DNA of 64,000 nt from Spirochaetia bacterium. Its GTDB lineage: Bacteria; Spirochaetota; Spirochaetia; CADAEX01. The stretch spans positions 3,392,001 through 3,456,000 of the forward strand of contig OY759746.1 of the NCBI GenBank assembly GCA_963662795.1. The letters are read 5' to 3'. Of this stretch, positions 30,437 to 39,753 are shown in pieces. The stretch's first letter is position 1; every line of letters begins with the position of its first letter. A model generated the notes under the pieces. The model had not been told where the DNA came from, did no database searches, and saw nothing but the letters and a program-made list of their open reading frames with translations. The position numbers were made by a program, and so were the translations under genes.

Positions 30437-31243
30437 CTAATATGAATAATTGCTTTTAAACCAGCTGTATAAAGCTGTAACACGATTGTAAATCGATATT
30501 CCAATCCTGTTTCTTATAAAATCAGAATCAATAGTTTTACTTATACCGTTGCAGTAAATTATCAATCCGTTTTCTGCAGGAATAACAGCTGTATAAAATA
30601 TCAGCCCGTTTTTTTTGACTACAGGGAAAAAGGCAAGTGTAATTCTTTCAAGATTGCTCATTTTCATTACAAGAGAATCATCTGACACAGAGTAATCTAT
30701 AAGATATTTATTGTTTCCGAACGTCGTATCCTCAATCATAGCTGTCATTGTGTGTTTTTCAGGCAGAAAAGTCTCTGCAGGGGCCGCATCAGTTGCCGGG
30801 GTGATTTGTCCGGATTGTATTTCTACTTTTGAAAAAAGGACTCTCTCTTCTTTATGGGAATAGGAATAATAGGTTATTCCTTCAAGTTTTTTTATATCAG
30901 TCAGAATATGAAAAGAATCCTTCATTATATTTTTTTTATCCCGTGAAGATGGGTATGAAAAATAAAAAACACTCTCAATTGCAGTATTGAAATCTGTTTT
31001 TTCAATATCTTTTAAAATTCTGTTTCTTTCCTTTAATTCGGGCAGCAGTTTGAAATCAAGGTGTGAAGCCGGATATCTGTCAATTCTCCCTTCACTAAGG
31101 AGTTTTTCAATTTCACTTTTTTCAATTCTGCTGAAAAAACGGCTGAATTCTTCATATTCTCCCTGTTTTTCATCGGAAAATGAATATATTGTAAAGAAAG
31201 AGAGCTGGAGCATTGTCAAGATTGAAAAAATCAGAGTTCTCAT
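30437..31243 (-). CDS. Exported conserved hypothetical protein (probably DUF6675-like)
   Basis: Signal-peptide-like N-terminus; L.GI.YYS.S, D.TFG.N.Y and NRV.A.Y.W motifs recalled from a spirochaete family. Confidence 0.55.
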   Translation of the reverse strand: MRTLIFSILTMLQLSFFTIYSFSDEKQGEYEEFSRFFSRIEKSEIEKLLSEGRIDRYPASHLDFKLLPELKERNRILKDIEKTDFNTAIESVFYFSYPSSRDKKNIMKDSFHILTDIKKLEGITYYSYSHKEERVLFSKVEIQSGQITPATDAAPAETFLPEKHTMTAMIEDTTFGNNKYLIDYSVSDDSLVMKMSNLERITLAFFPVVKKNGLIFYTAVIPAENGLIIYCNGISKTIDSDFIRNRIGISIYNRVTALYSWFKSNYSY

Positions 31244-31289
31244 ATAATCTCAAATCTAAGGTAATAGCACTTTAACATCAAGAGGTATT

Positions 31290-32405
31290 ATGAAAATCAA
31301 TATATGTTTTACCGGAGGCGGGACAGCAGGACATGTTTATCCGGGTCTTGCAGTTATTGAATCTTTAATGAAATTGTCAGTAGAAAAAAATATTGATCCT
31401 GAAATATTCTGGATAGGCTCTTCTTCCGGGATGGAAAAAAAACTTCTTGAATCAAAGGGTATTGAATTTTACGGTATACATACAGGTAAACTCAGGCGAT
31501 ATTTTTCATTTAATAATTTTACCGATATTTTTAAAATCAAGATGGGAATAATCAAGTCTTTTTTTATACTTCTCAGGAAAAAACCTGATGTCATATTTTC
31601 AAAAGGGGGATATGTCAGCGTTCCCCCTGTATTTGCCGGGAGATTGCTCGGTATACCGGTAATAACACATGAATCGGATTATACTCCCGGTCTTGCAACA
31701 AAAATAAATAAATATTTTTCAAAAATAATAATGGTCTCTTTTAAAGAAACCGGAAATTTTTTCACCGGGAAATATCGGGATAAAATTCTTGTTACCGGAA
31801 ACCCTGTCCGTAAGTTGTTTTACTCTGCTGATCCCATCCGGGGAAGAGAACATCTCTCTTTGACTGAGAAAATACCTGTTATCCTGGTACTGGGCGGCAG
31901 TCAGGGCGCTCAGGAATTAAATTACCTGATAAACAAGCTGGCTGATATGCTTGTGAAGGATTATTATGTAATACATCAGACCGGAGAAAAAGGATATTCG
32001 GAATCATCAGATTTTCAGCATGAGCGGTATAAAAAATACCCGTTTTTAGGCAGTGAAATAGGAGATATTCTTGCAGCAGCTGATCTTGTTGTCTGCCGCT
32101 CAGGCGCCGGGACAATCCTTGAACTTGCCGCCGTCGGGAAAGGGGCAATTATAATTCCCCTTAGAGGAAAAGGGACCAGGGGAGACCAGGTTTTAAATGC
32201 TGATTTCATGAAGAATAACGGTGCGGCTGTTGTAATGGATGATGATGAAATAAATCCGCAAATACTGTATAATACTGTCAGGAAATTATTATCTGACAGG
32301 AATAGAATCAGGAGTATTGAAAAAGCTGTTAAATTGCTTGACAGGGCAGACTCTTCATATCTGATTGCTGAAAAAATATTAAATCTTGCCGGAGATGGAA
32401 ATTGA
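31290..32405 (+). CDS. murG: Undecaprenyl-PP-MurNAc-pentapeptide GlcNAc transferase
   Basis: TGGGTAGHVYP, GKLRRY, SKGGYVS.P, HESD..PGLA, TGNPVR, LGGSQGA, RSGAGT, DQ..NA. Confidence 0.96.
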   Translation: MKINICFTGGGTAGHVYPGLAVIESLMKLSVEKNIDPEIFWIGSSSGMEKKLLESKGIEFYGIHTGKLRRYFSFNNFTDIFKIKMGIIKSFFILLRKKPDVIFSKGGYVSVPPVFAGRLLGIPVITHESDYTPGLATKINKYFSKIIMVSFKETGNFFTGKYRDKILVTGNPVRKLFYSADPIRGREHLSLTEKIPVILVLGGSQGAQELNYLINKLADMLVKDYYVIHQTGEKGYSESSDFQHERYKKYPFLGSEIGDILAAADLVVCRSGAGTILELAAVGKGAIIIPLRGKGTRGDQVLNADFMKNNGAAVVMDDDEINPQILYNTVRKLLSDRNRIRSIEKAVKLLDRADSSYLIAEKILNLAGDGN

Positions 32406-32896
32406 ATAACATACCGCTTGTCCCGATAGATATTTTTTTTATCATTGTAATTCTTTTTTTTACAATAAGATGTATTATTAAAGGGTTTATAACAGAACTG
32501 ATGTCTGTTGCCTCTGTTGTCGGAGGTATTACCGCAGGCTTCTTCTTTTCACCGGCGTTAAGCGCTGCGATTGACAAATATATCGGTATTTCAGGGTGGA
32601 ACAGGCTTATATCTTTTTTGGTTATTTTTCTTACCGTTTACATTGTCCTTAAACTTATCGAGAGAGGATTTTACAGCCTGATAGAACGGGTCAGCCTTGA
32701 AAGGCTTGACCGGTCTCTCGGTCTTTTCCTTGGTCTTTTTGAAGGTATTGTGATAGTACTTATCATAATTACTGTAATCGATGTTCAGCCGGTTTTCCCT
32801 TCTGAAAAGATTTTATCAGGCAGTCTTATAGCAGAATATGCAAGAAAAATAATTATTCTTATTCCGGAACCAAACACAATTCCGCCTCTGATTTAG
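32402..32896 (+). CDS. cvpA: CvpA family (colicin V production) membrane protein
   Basis: KGFI.EL and LDR.LG..LG motifs, 4 TM segments; overlaps murG. Confidence 0.85.
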   Translation: MNNIPLVPIDIFFIIVILFFTIRCIIKGFITELMSVASVVGGITAGFFFSPALSAAIDKYIGISGWNRLISFLVIFLTVYIVLKLIERGFYSLIERVSLERLDRSLGLFLGLFEGIVIVLIIITVIDVQPVFPSEKILSGSLIAEYARKIIILIPEPNTIPPLI

Positions 32897-32920
32897 GCGT
32901 ATCAAGGGAGCTTTTACTGG

Positions 32921-34129
32921 ATGTTTGATAACATAATTGGACACACCTCCGTTATGGAGCAGATGAAAAAAGAAATAAGCACTAATGCTTTTCCGCCCGC
33001 AGTTCTTTTATCAGGACCGCTATACACAGGAAAACAGACAATCGCACTTGAAACAGCCAGGGTCATAACCTGCAGCGAAAAAGCAAACTGGAATTGTAAA
33101 TGTGAATCATGCAGAATGAACCGTGTACTTTCCAATCCATCTATCCTTCTAATGGGATCTGATTTGTTCATACCTGAAATATCTACCGCAAAAAAACTGC
33201 TTGAGAGAAAAAGAGAGGCTGTAAGCTGCTTTCTTTTTATCAGGAGTGTGAGAAAGCTTCTAAGACGGTTTGATCCGGTTTTTACTGAGGAAAATGACAC
33301 TAAATATAAAAAAATATCTGCATTGGTTAATACAGTCCAGGATCTGTTAAATGATTTTGATCCTGAATATCTAAAGGGTGAAAATGTATTTGATATAGAT
33401 TTAAAAAAAGCTGATATAATCCTTGAGCATTGTAAAACAATAATCAAGGATTATAATTTCAGCAGCATACCTGTTGATCAGATACGCAAAGCTGTTTACT
33501 GGCTCAGGTTTTCCGGTTACAGCAGCAAAAAAGTCATTATTATTGAAAACGCTGAAAATATGAATGACAGTTCAAGAAACGCACTTCTTAAAATACTTGA
33601 AGAACCGCCGGGAAATACATTTTTTATCCTTCTTACAAGCCGTCCCGGAGAAATTATTCCTACAATCAAATCAAGGCTCCGCAAATATGAACTTGCAGGA
33701 AGGACAATCGCAGAAAATAAAATTGTCATTGAAAAAATATTCAGGGAGGAATCTGCAATTTTTACTGACCTGAAAAATTATCTGAATTCTTCAATACCTG
33801 AAATTGAAATAATTAAAAAAGCTGCAAAACAGTTTATATTTGATCTTTTTGATAATTCAAGAGAGGAAGAGGGAATAGGCCCTGAAGTCCGGAATATTTT
33901 AAAAGCGCAATATTCACAATATTTTCCTGAATTTCTTGAAGAACTTTCAAGGCTTTCTTCAGAGCTTTTAGGCAGCAGTGAATTTATTGATGATTCACCC
34001 GGCAGACTTTCTTTAATCAGCCATTTTGGGTATCTTATAAATGAAAGCTACAAAGGGTTTGACATATTAAATATAAATCACGAACTTCTGGCAGAATCAA
34101 TGTTTCTGGAGCTTAAAAAAAGAATATGA
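32921..34129 (+). CDS. holB: DNA polymerase III delta'-like subunit
   Basis: NIIGH, LLSGP..TGKQT, zinc motif C...C.C.SC, IIENAE.MN...RNALLKILEEPP, PTI.SR. Confidence 0.75.
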   Translation: MFDNIIGHTSVMEQMKKEISTNAFPPAVLLSGPLYTGKQTIALETARVITCSEKANWNCKCESCRMNRVLSNPSILLMGSDLFIPEISTAKKLLERKREAVSCFLFIRSVRKLLRRFDPVFTEENDTKYKKISALVNTVQDLLNDFDPEYLKGENVFDIDLKKADIILEHCKTIIKDYNFSSIPVDQIRKAVYWLRFSGYSSKKVIIIENAENMNDSSRNALLKILEEPPGNTFFILLTSRPGEIIPTIKSRLRKYELAGRTIAENKIVIEKIFREESAIFTDLKNYLNSSIPEIEIIKKAAKQFIFDLFDNSREEEGIGPEVRNILKAQYSQYFPEFLEELSRLSSELLGSSEFIDDSPGRLSLISHFGYLINESYKGFDILNINHELLAESMFLELKKRI

Positions 34130-35325
34130 GAAATTTCCTGAAGAAAGCAATCAAACGGATACCCCGACTGGATGTTAATCAGATCATAAAATTGGTAACA
34201 GTATTGTCAGATGAATATGAGCTTCTTGAAATAGTTCTTGATTCAATGACCACCGGAGTAATTGTAGCTGATAAAAGTGATAATCTGCTGTTTCTCAATA
34301 AAGCTGCCCACCGTATGCTGAATCTCTACACTCTGAATGAAAATGTCGAACGCAAAGTCTGGGAAGTAGTAAAGGATCCCTCAATCAATAATTTTCTTTG
34401 CAAATATCTTGCAGGGGAAGATGATACCAAGCCTGTAAGTATTTTTGTCGGTGCAAATGAGAGTGAGTCCAGGCTTCTTGAATTCAGAATCGTCCCACTG
34501 GTTAAAACAAATTCCATCATAGGCAATGTAGTCACAATAGAAGATGTTACAGACAAAAAAATAAAGGAATCAAAACTGAGGAGGGCGGAAAGTCTTGCAT
34601 CACTTACCACCCTTGCCGCAGGTGTCGCCCATGAAATAAAAAACCCTCTCGGCTCCATCAGCATCTATCTTCAGTTGATGGAAAAAACAATTTCCAGAAA
34701 CAGCGAGAACGATATCTGCAGCAGCATAAAGAACAATATTTCAGTCATCAAGGAAGAAGTGGAACGTCTTAATAAAATTGTTGTTGATTTTTTATTCGCG
34801 GTAAGACCAATTGATCTTGATTTAAATAATGAGAATTTAAATAAAATAATACTTGAAACGCTGGAACTGTTTACTCCGGAACTGGTAAAATCAGGAATTA
34901 TAGTCGATACAGATTTATGTCCAAAGATCCCTGACCTTAAACTTGATAAACGGTATATCAAACAGGTGCTTATAAATCTTATTAAAAATGCTGAACTGGC
35001 TATGAGCAAGGGCGGCAGTTTAACTATTACCACTGAGTGCAGGGATAACCAGGCAGTGCTCAAGGTAATTGATACAGGAACGGGAATACCGGATAATATA
35101 CTCTCGAGAATTTTTGAACCTTATTTTACTACAAGGGATTTCGGATCAGGAATTGGTCTTACTATTGTTTATAAGGTTGTTAAAGAACACAAAGGCGATA
35201 TTTCAATTAAAACGAAAGAAAATAAAGGAACTACCTTTATTATAACTTTTCCTCTGCCGCAGACAGAACAGAGACTTATAGAATATGAAGGGGACGGTGA
35301 TGAAATTCTCAATCCTGATAGCTGA
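34126..35325 (+). CDS. Cytoplasmic PAS sensor histidine kinase (Hk2-like)
   Basis: No TM segment; PAS region, H-box GVAHEIKNPL, N-box NLIKNA, DTGTGI, IFEPYFTT, GSGIGL. Confidence 0.92.
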   Translation: MRNFLKKAIKRIPRLDVNQIIKLVTVLSDEYELLEIVLDSMTTGVIVADKSDNLLFLNKAAHRMLNLYTLNENVERKVWEVVKDPSINNFLCKYLAGEDDTKPVSIFVGANESESRLLEFRIVPLVKTNSIIGNVVTIEDVTDKKIKESKLRRAESLASLTTLAAGVAHEIKNPLGSISIYLQLMEKTISRNSENDICSSIKNNISVIKEEVERLNKIVVDFLFAVRPIDLDLNNENLNKIILETLELFTPELVKSGIIVDTDLCPKIPDLKLDKRYIKQVLINLIKNAELAMSKGGSLTITTECRDNQAVLKVIDTGTGIPDNILSRIFEPYFTTRDFGSGIGLTIVYKVVKEHKGDISIKTKENKGTTFIITFPLPQTEQRLIEYEGDGDEILNPDS

Positions 35326-36655
35326 TGACGAAAAAAATATAAGAACAGGCCTTGGACAGGCTTTGAACGAAGAAGGCTATAGAACCTATCTCGCGGCGGA
35401 CGGAGCAGAAGCTTTTTCCATTTATTCGAAAAACAGTATTGATCTCGTAATAACAGATCTTAAAATGCCTGAAATCTCAGGAGAGGAACTCCTTAAAAAA
35501 ATTACCAATGAGAATAAAAACATACCTGTAATAATATTGACCGGACACGGTACTATTGAAAAAGCTGTTCAGACGATGAGGGACGGTGCCTATGATTTTA
35601 TAACAAAACCGCTCAATCTCGACCATCTTTATCTGATAATAAAAAGAGCTCTTTCCAACCGGGAACTTCAGATTCAGCACAAGGCGCTACAGGAAGAGGT
35701 TGAAAAAATAAAGAACAGGAGCAGATACCTTAATCTGGTAGGAAAAAGCAATTCCATGAAAAAAGTTGTAGAAACAATTGATCAGGTGGCAGCTACCAGG
35801 GCATCAGTTCTTATTACTGGTGAAAGCGGCGTTGGGAAGGAAGTAGTTGCAGATGTAATACATAATCTTTCAGACAGAAAGGATAAACCTTTTATTAAGG
35901 TTCATTGTGCAGCTTTATCCGAATCTCTTCTTGAAAGTGAACTTTTCGGACATGAAAAGGGTGCATTTACCGGGGCGATAGCGAAAAAAAGGGGCAGGTT
36001 TGAACTTGCCCATAACGGCACAATTTTTCTCGATGAAATCGGGGAGATAAATCAGTCTGTACAGATAAAACTTCTGCGTGTTCTTCAGGAAAGAACATTT
36101 GAGAGGGTCGGTGGAGAAGAAACTGTAAGTGTTGATGTCAGGATTATTTCTGCGACAAACAAGGATCTTGCAAAAGAAGTTGAAAAAGGCAATTTCAGGG
36201 AAGATCTTTATTACAGGTTAAATGTTGTAAATCTGCATATACCGCCGTTAAGGGAAAGGCAGGAGGATATTCCTCTGCTGATTGCGGTTTTCCTTAAAGA
36301 AATTACAGAAGAAAACGGTAAAAAAATTGACGGCATAGATACCAAAGCACAGGCCGCTCTTTACAACCACAAATGGAAAGGAAACATAAGAGAACTTAGA
36401 AACTGCATAGAAAGTTCTGTTGTAATGTCAAAAGGCAATATAATACTTTATGAAGATCTTCCTGTTTCAATTAAAGATGAATCAAACGATAATAATATAA
36501 TTATCAAGACAGGAACTCCGTTATCCGATGTAGAGCGTATTGTAATCAACAGCACCCTTAACATTCTTAAAGGCAATAAAAGCAAAACAGCCGAAGTTCT
36601 CGGTATAGGAAGAAAAACGCTTCACAGAAAGCTTAATGATTATAATATTGAATAA
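35300..36655 (+). CDS. sigma54-dependent response regulator (NtrC family, Rrp2-like)
   Basis: Receiver domain (IADDE, TDLKMP), AAA+ with [41 protein letters not shown], and a Fis-type HTH. Confidence 0.94.
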   Translation: MKFSILIADDEKNIRTGLGQALNEEGYRTYLAADGAEAFSIYSKNSIDLVITDLKMPEISGEELLKKITNENKNIPVIILTGHGTIEKAVQTMRDGAYDFITKPLNLDHLYLIIKRALSNRELQIQHKALQEEVEKIKNRSRYLNLVGKSNSMKKVVETIDQVAATRASVLITGESGVGKEVVADVIHNLSDRKDKPFIKVHCAALSESLLESELFGHEKGAFTGAIAKKRGRFELAHNGTIFLDEIGEINQSVQIKLLRVLQERTFERVGGEETVSVDVRIISATNKDLAKEVEKGNFREDLYYRLNVVNLHIPPLRERQEDIPLLIAVFLKEITEENGKKIDGIDTKAQAALYNHKWKGNIRELRNCIESSVVMSKGNIILYEDLPVSIKDESNDNNIIIKTGTPLSDVERIVINSTLNILKGNKSKTAEVLGIGRKTLHRKLNDYNIE

Positions 36656-36700
36656 TCAGGATGGTCTGATAAAAACCCGAAGTGAAATCAGCCTGCAAAA

Positions 36701-37507
36701 TCAAACTGCGCTTTCATCAAAATAATAATTGCCGGTAAAAATATACTCAGGTTTTGAAGTAACATAGACATGATTGTCCTCCCTGTCCCATTCAACGTAT
36801 GCGGCATTGTTTTGAATCATTACCAGATTTTCATTCTCATAACCGTTAAGTGATGCTGCAATGGAAGCAATTGAACATATGAGTGAATTGTCAATATTCC
36901 TTAACGGTATCCAGTGCCTCAAACTTATACTGTTGCGGGCGGAAGGAAAGACAAATACAGGCAGGCTGTCAGAATAGGCAGGGCTTTTAATAATCCTTGC
37001 ACTTAGCTCTTTCAGTTCTTTAGCCGGTTTGTTTTCAGGAAAAAAAACCAGCGCGTGTTTTATAAGATCAATTTTTGTGTATGTGTAAGTATGATTATCA
37101 ATAACAAGGTTTTCAATAATACCTGTGTTGAAGGAAGGCTCTCCAACAGAAATACGAAAATTAGTACTGTCTATTATCTGGACAGAAAGAGCGATGTCAT
37201 TATTGATTATTTTTATTACTTTGCTGTTAATTGATATTGTATCAAAAATAAATCTTGTTGCGATAAGCGTTGAATCAGTTAAGCATGAATACAGTTTTCC
37301 GTCAGGCGAATAGGTTTTTATAACAATTTTTTCCCGATCTGCGGAGATGACAAAAATGATTCCTTTGGAACCGACTCCTGTATGCCTGTCGCAAATATTC
37401 ACTGCTGCTTTTGACAGCAGTGAATTGTTAAACAAATTTATATTTCTTATATCTGAAAGGATAAAATCATTTTTTAATAAATGTATTTTATAAAAATTAA
37501 TATCCAC
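36701..37507 (-). CDS. Divergent diaminopimelate epimerase-like protein with degenerate catalytic motifs
   Basis: DapF-like N-terminus (F.KIH..KNDF, ICDRHTGVG..G) and position downstream of lysC; the EMCGNG and ACGTG motifs are not intact. Confidence 0.6.
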   Translation of the reverse strand: MDINFYKIHLLKNDFILSDIRNINLFNNSLLSKAAVNICDRHTGVGSKGIIFVISADREKIVIKTYSPDGKLYSCLTDSTLIATRFIFDTISINSKVIKIINNDIALSVQIIDSTNFRISVGEPSFNTGIIENLVIDNHTYTYTKIDLIKHALVFFPENKPAKELKELSARIIKSPAYSDSLPVFVFPSARNSISLRHWIPLRNIDNSLICSIASIAASLNGYENENLVMIQNNAAYVEWDREDNHVYVTSKPEYIFTGNYYFDESAV

Positions 37508-37518
37508 AGTTTTTAAAG

Positions 37519-38856
37519 TTATTTAAAAAAACTCTTGTGAAGCTTTTTAATTGTTTCATTAATTTCATCCTGGGGAAGAACCATGGAAAGGTTTACCTCG
37601 GATGCTCCCAAAGAAATCATTTTGACAGATGCAGGATACAGGGTTTTAAATATGTCTGAAATCAATGAAGAGTCTTTCCATATATTTTTTCCTACAAGGC
37701 AGATAATACCATTGTTATATTCAACTGTAGTTTTACCGATCTGTTCAAGCTCAGTCAATATAAGGCCGATGTTGCGTACATCTTCTATGGTCATGGATAC
37801 AGAAACCTCTGAAGTTGAAATAAGATCTACCGGTGTTTTGTATTTACTGAAAATCTGAAATATCTTTGATAAAAAGCCGTAAGCATTCAGCATTCTTGAA
37901 GAAGTGATGTTAATAAGCGTAATGTTCTTTTTCCCTGAAATACCGGTTAAACCTGTTCCTGAAGTTTTATCAATAATTGCAGTTCCAGGGGAATCAGGAT
38001 TTTTTGTGTTTTTAACTATAACAGGTATTTTTTTCTCAACTGCCGGCTGGATAGTTGAAGGATGAACAACCTTTGCACCAAAAAAAGCAAGCTCTGCAGC
38101 TTCAGCATAGGATATACTTTCGATCCGTTTTGCATCGCTTACAATTCTGGGATCAGTAGTAAGAATGCCGTCTACATCTGTCCAGATCTGCACCTCTTCA
38201 GCATCAAGCGCTGAGCCGATTATTGCGGCAGTGTAATCTGAACCGCTGCGGCCCAAAGTAGTTATATGTCCTTCTTCTGATGAACCGATAAAACCCTGAG
38301 CAATAACTATTTTACCCTTTTGCGGCTTTACAAACTCACGAATTTTTGGATTTGTTATTTTGAATATTGGAGCGGCATTTGAAAAATTGTCATCAGTAAT
38401 AATGAAATCCCTTGAATCAAGAAGTTCCGCATTGATCTTTCTCTCAATAATTCTGTGATATATAAGCAGTGTTGAAAGTCTTTCACCAAACGAAAGCAGC
38501 GTATCCGAACTTTTCGGTGAGCATTCCTGCAGAAGATACAGCCCCCTTGAAAGGGAGGAAAGCTGATCAAAAAGTGTATTCAGTGATTTTAAAGCAGCTG
38601 CAAGATTTTCACCTGTCAAAAAGGCTTCTGCAGCGTCAATATGTACTTTTTTAAGGATATCAATTGTTTCGATTATTCCATCTTTATCTTTCTGGAATGA
38701 ACAATTGGCTATATTTATAAGACGGTCAGTTGTTTTGGCCATTGCTGATGCAACAAGAACAGGAGCCCTGTCTATCATGCTGTTTGTTATGTCAATGGCT
38801 TTATCCATCCAAAAACTGTCCTGTACTGAAGTCCCGCCAAATTTAATTACAATCAT
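37519..38856 (-). CDS. lysC: Aspartate kinase
   Basis: KFGGTSV, SFGERLS, TTLGRSGSDYTA, WTDVDG..T.DP, ELAFFGAKV.HP, C-terminal ACT domains. Confidence 0.95.
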   Translation of the reverse strand: MIVIKFGGTSVQDSFWMDKAIDITNSMIDRAPVLVASAMAKTTDRLINIANCSFQKDKDGIIETIDILKKVHIDAAEAFLTGENLAAALKSLNTLFDQLSSLSRGLYLLQECSPKSSDTLLSFGERLSTLLIYHRIIERKINAELLDSRDFIITDDNFSNAAPIFKITNPKIREFVKPQKGKIVIAQGFIGSSEEGHITTLGRSGSDYTAAIIGSALDAEEVQIWTDVDGILTTDPRIVSDAKRIESISYAEAAELAFFGAKVVHPSTIQPAVEKKIPVIVKNTKNPDSPGTAIIDKTSGTGLTGISGKKNITLINITSSRMLNAYGFLSKIFQIFSKYKTPVDLISTSEVSVSMTIEDVRNIGLILTELEQIGKTTVEYNNGIICLVGKNIWKDSSLISDIFKTLYPASVKMISLGASEVNLSMVLPQDEINETIKKLHKSFFK

Positions 38857-38946
38857 ATTTCTGCCTTCTCAATTAAATGTGTGTCTAATTGATTGTTGCT
38901 AACATATATGAGATATTATGTCAATAATTATACAGGAAGGGCTGTT

Positions 38947-39747
38947 ATGCTTAACGATATTGAAGAAAAAACTGAAAAAGCATTTAAATCCTGCAGCACA
39001 GGAAATATGAATGGAATAAGGACCGGAATAATCCTTGGTTCCGGACTTTCAGGTGTAAGAAATTCAATTAGCGGACAGGAAATACCGTTTTCTGAAATTG
39101 AAGGATTTCCTGCTCCAGGCGTAAAAGGGCACTCGGGAATACTTAAAATCTCACAGCAATGCGCTGTCCTTGCCGGAAGATTCCATTACTATGAGGGACA
39201 TGGTCTTGACGATGTAGTTCTGCCTGTTTTTCTCCTTAAAAAACTTGGAGTTGAGAATATTATTATTACCAATGCGGCAGGCGGAATAAACAGATCATAT
39301 TCACCCGGTGAGCTTGTCCTCATCAGTGACCATCTTAATTTGACAGGTGTTAATCCTCTTATAGGAAAAAATATTGAAGAATACGGACCGAGGTTCCCGG
39401 ATATGAGCAGCGCCTACAGCAAATCTCTTATTGAAAAAGCTCTTGAAATAAAGCCAGGTCTTAAGAAAGGTGTTTATGCCGGACTTACCGGTCCGTCTTA
39501 TGAAACACCGGCAGAGGTCAGGATGCTGGCAGCTATTGGCGCAGATCTGGTTGGAATGTCTACAGTAAATGAGGTTATTGCAGCGCGCTATCTCGGTATC
39601 AACGTACTTGGAATATCATGCGTAACAAACATGGCTTCGGGAATACTTGAAAAACCGCTTGATCACAGCGAAGTAATTGATACAGGTAAAAAAGCGGAAG
39701 CTGAATTGACCGGACTTGTTCTGGAACTCATCAGGAGATTAATTTAA
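38947..39747 (+). CDS. punA: Purine nucleoside phosphorylase (trimeric type)
   Basis: ILGSGL, GRFHYYEG, TNAAGG, GPRFPDMS, GPSYETPAE, VGMSTV.E, VTN.A. Confidence 0.93.
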   Translation: MLNDIEEKTEKAFKSCSTGNMNGIRTGIILGSGLSGVRNSISGQEIPFSEIEGFPAPGVKGHSGILKISQQCAVLAGRFHYYEGHGLDDVVLPVFLLKKLGVENIIITNAAGGINRSYSPGELVLISDHLNLTGVNPLIGKNIEEYGPRFPDMSSAYSKSLIEKALEIKPGLKKGVYAGLTGPSYETPAEVRMLAAIGADLVGMSTVNEVIAARYLGINVLGISCVTNMASGILEKPLDHSEVIDTGKKAEAELTGLVLELIRRLI

Positions 39748-39753
39748 CCATTC

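Noticed and set aside
31265-31273. TAGCACTTT upstream of murG resembling a CIRCE half-site
   Set aside because: There is no second half-site and the gene context is wrong.
38857-38946. Lysine riboswitch upstream of lysC
   Set aside because: Only about 90 bp separate the divergent genes, too short for the aptamer.
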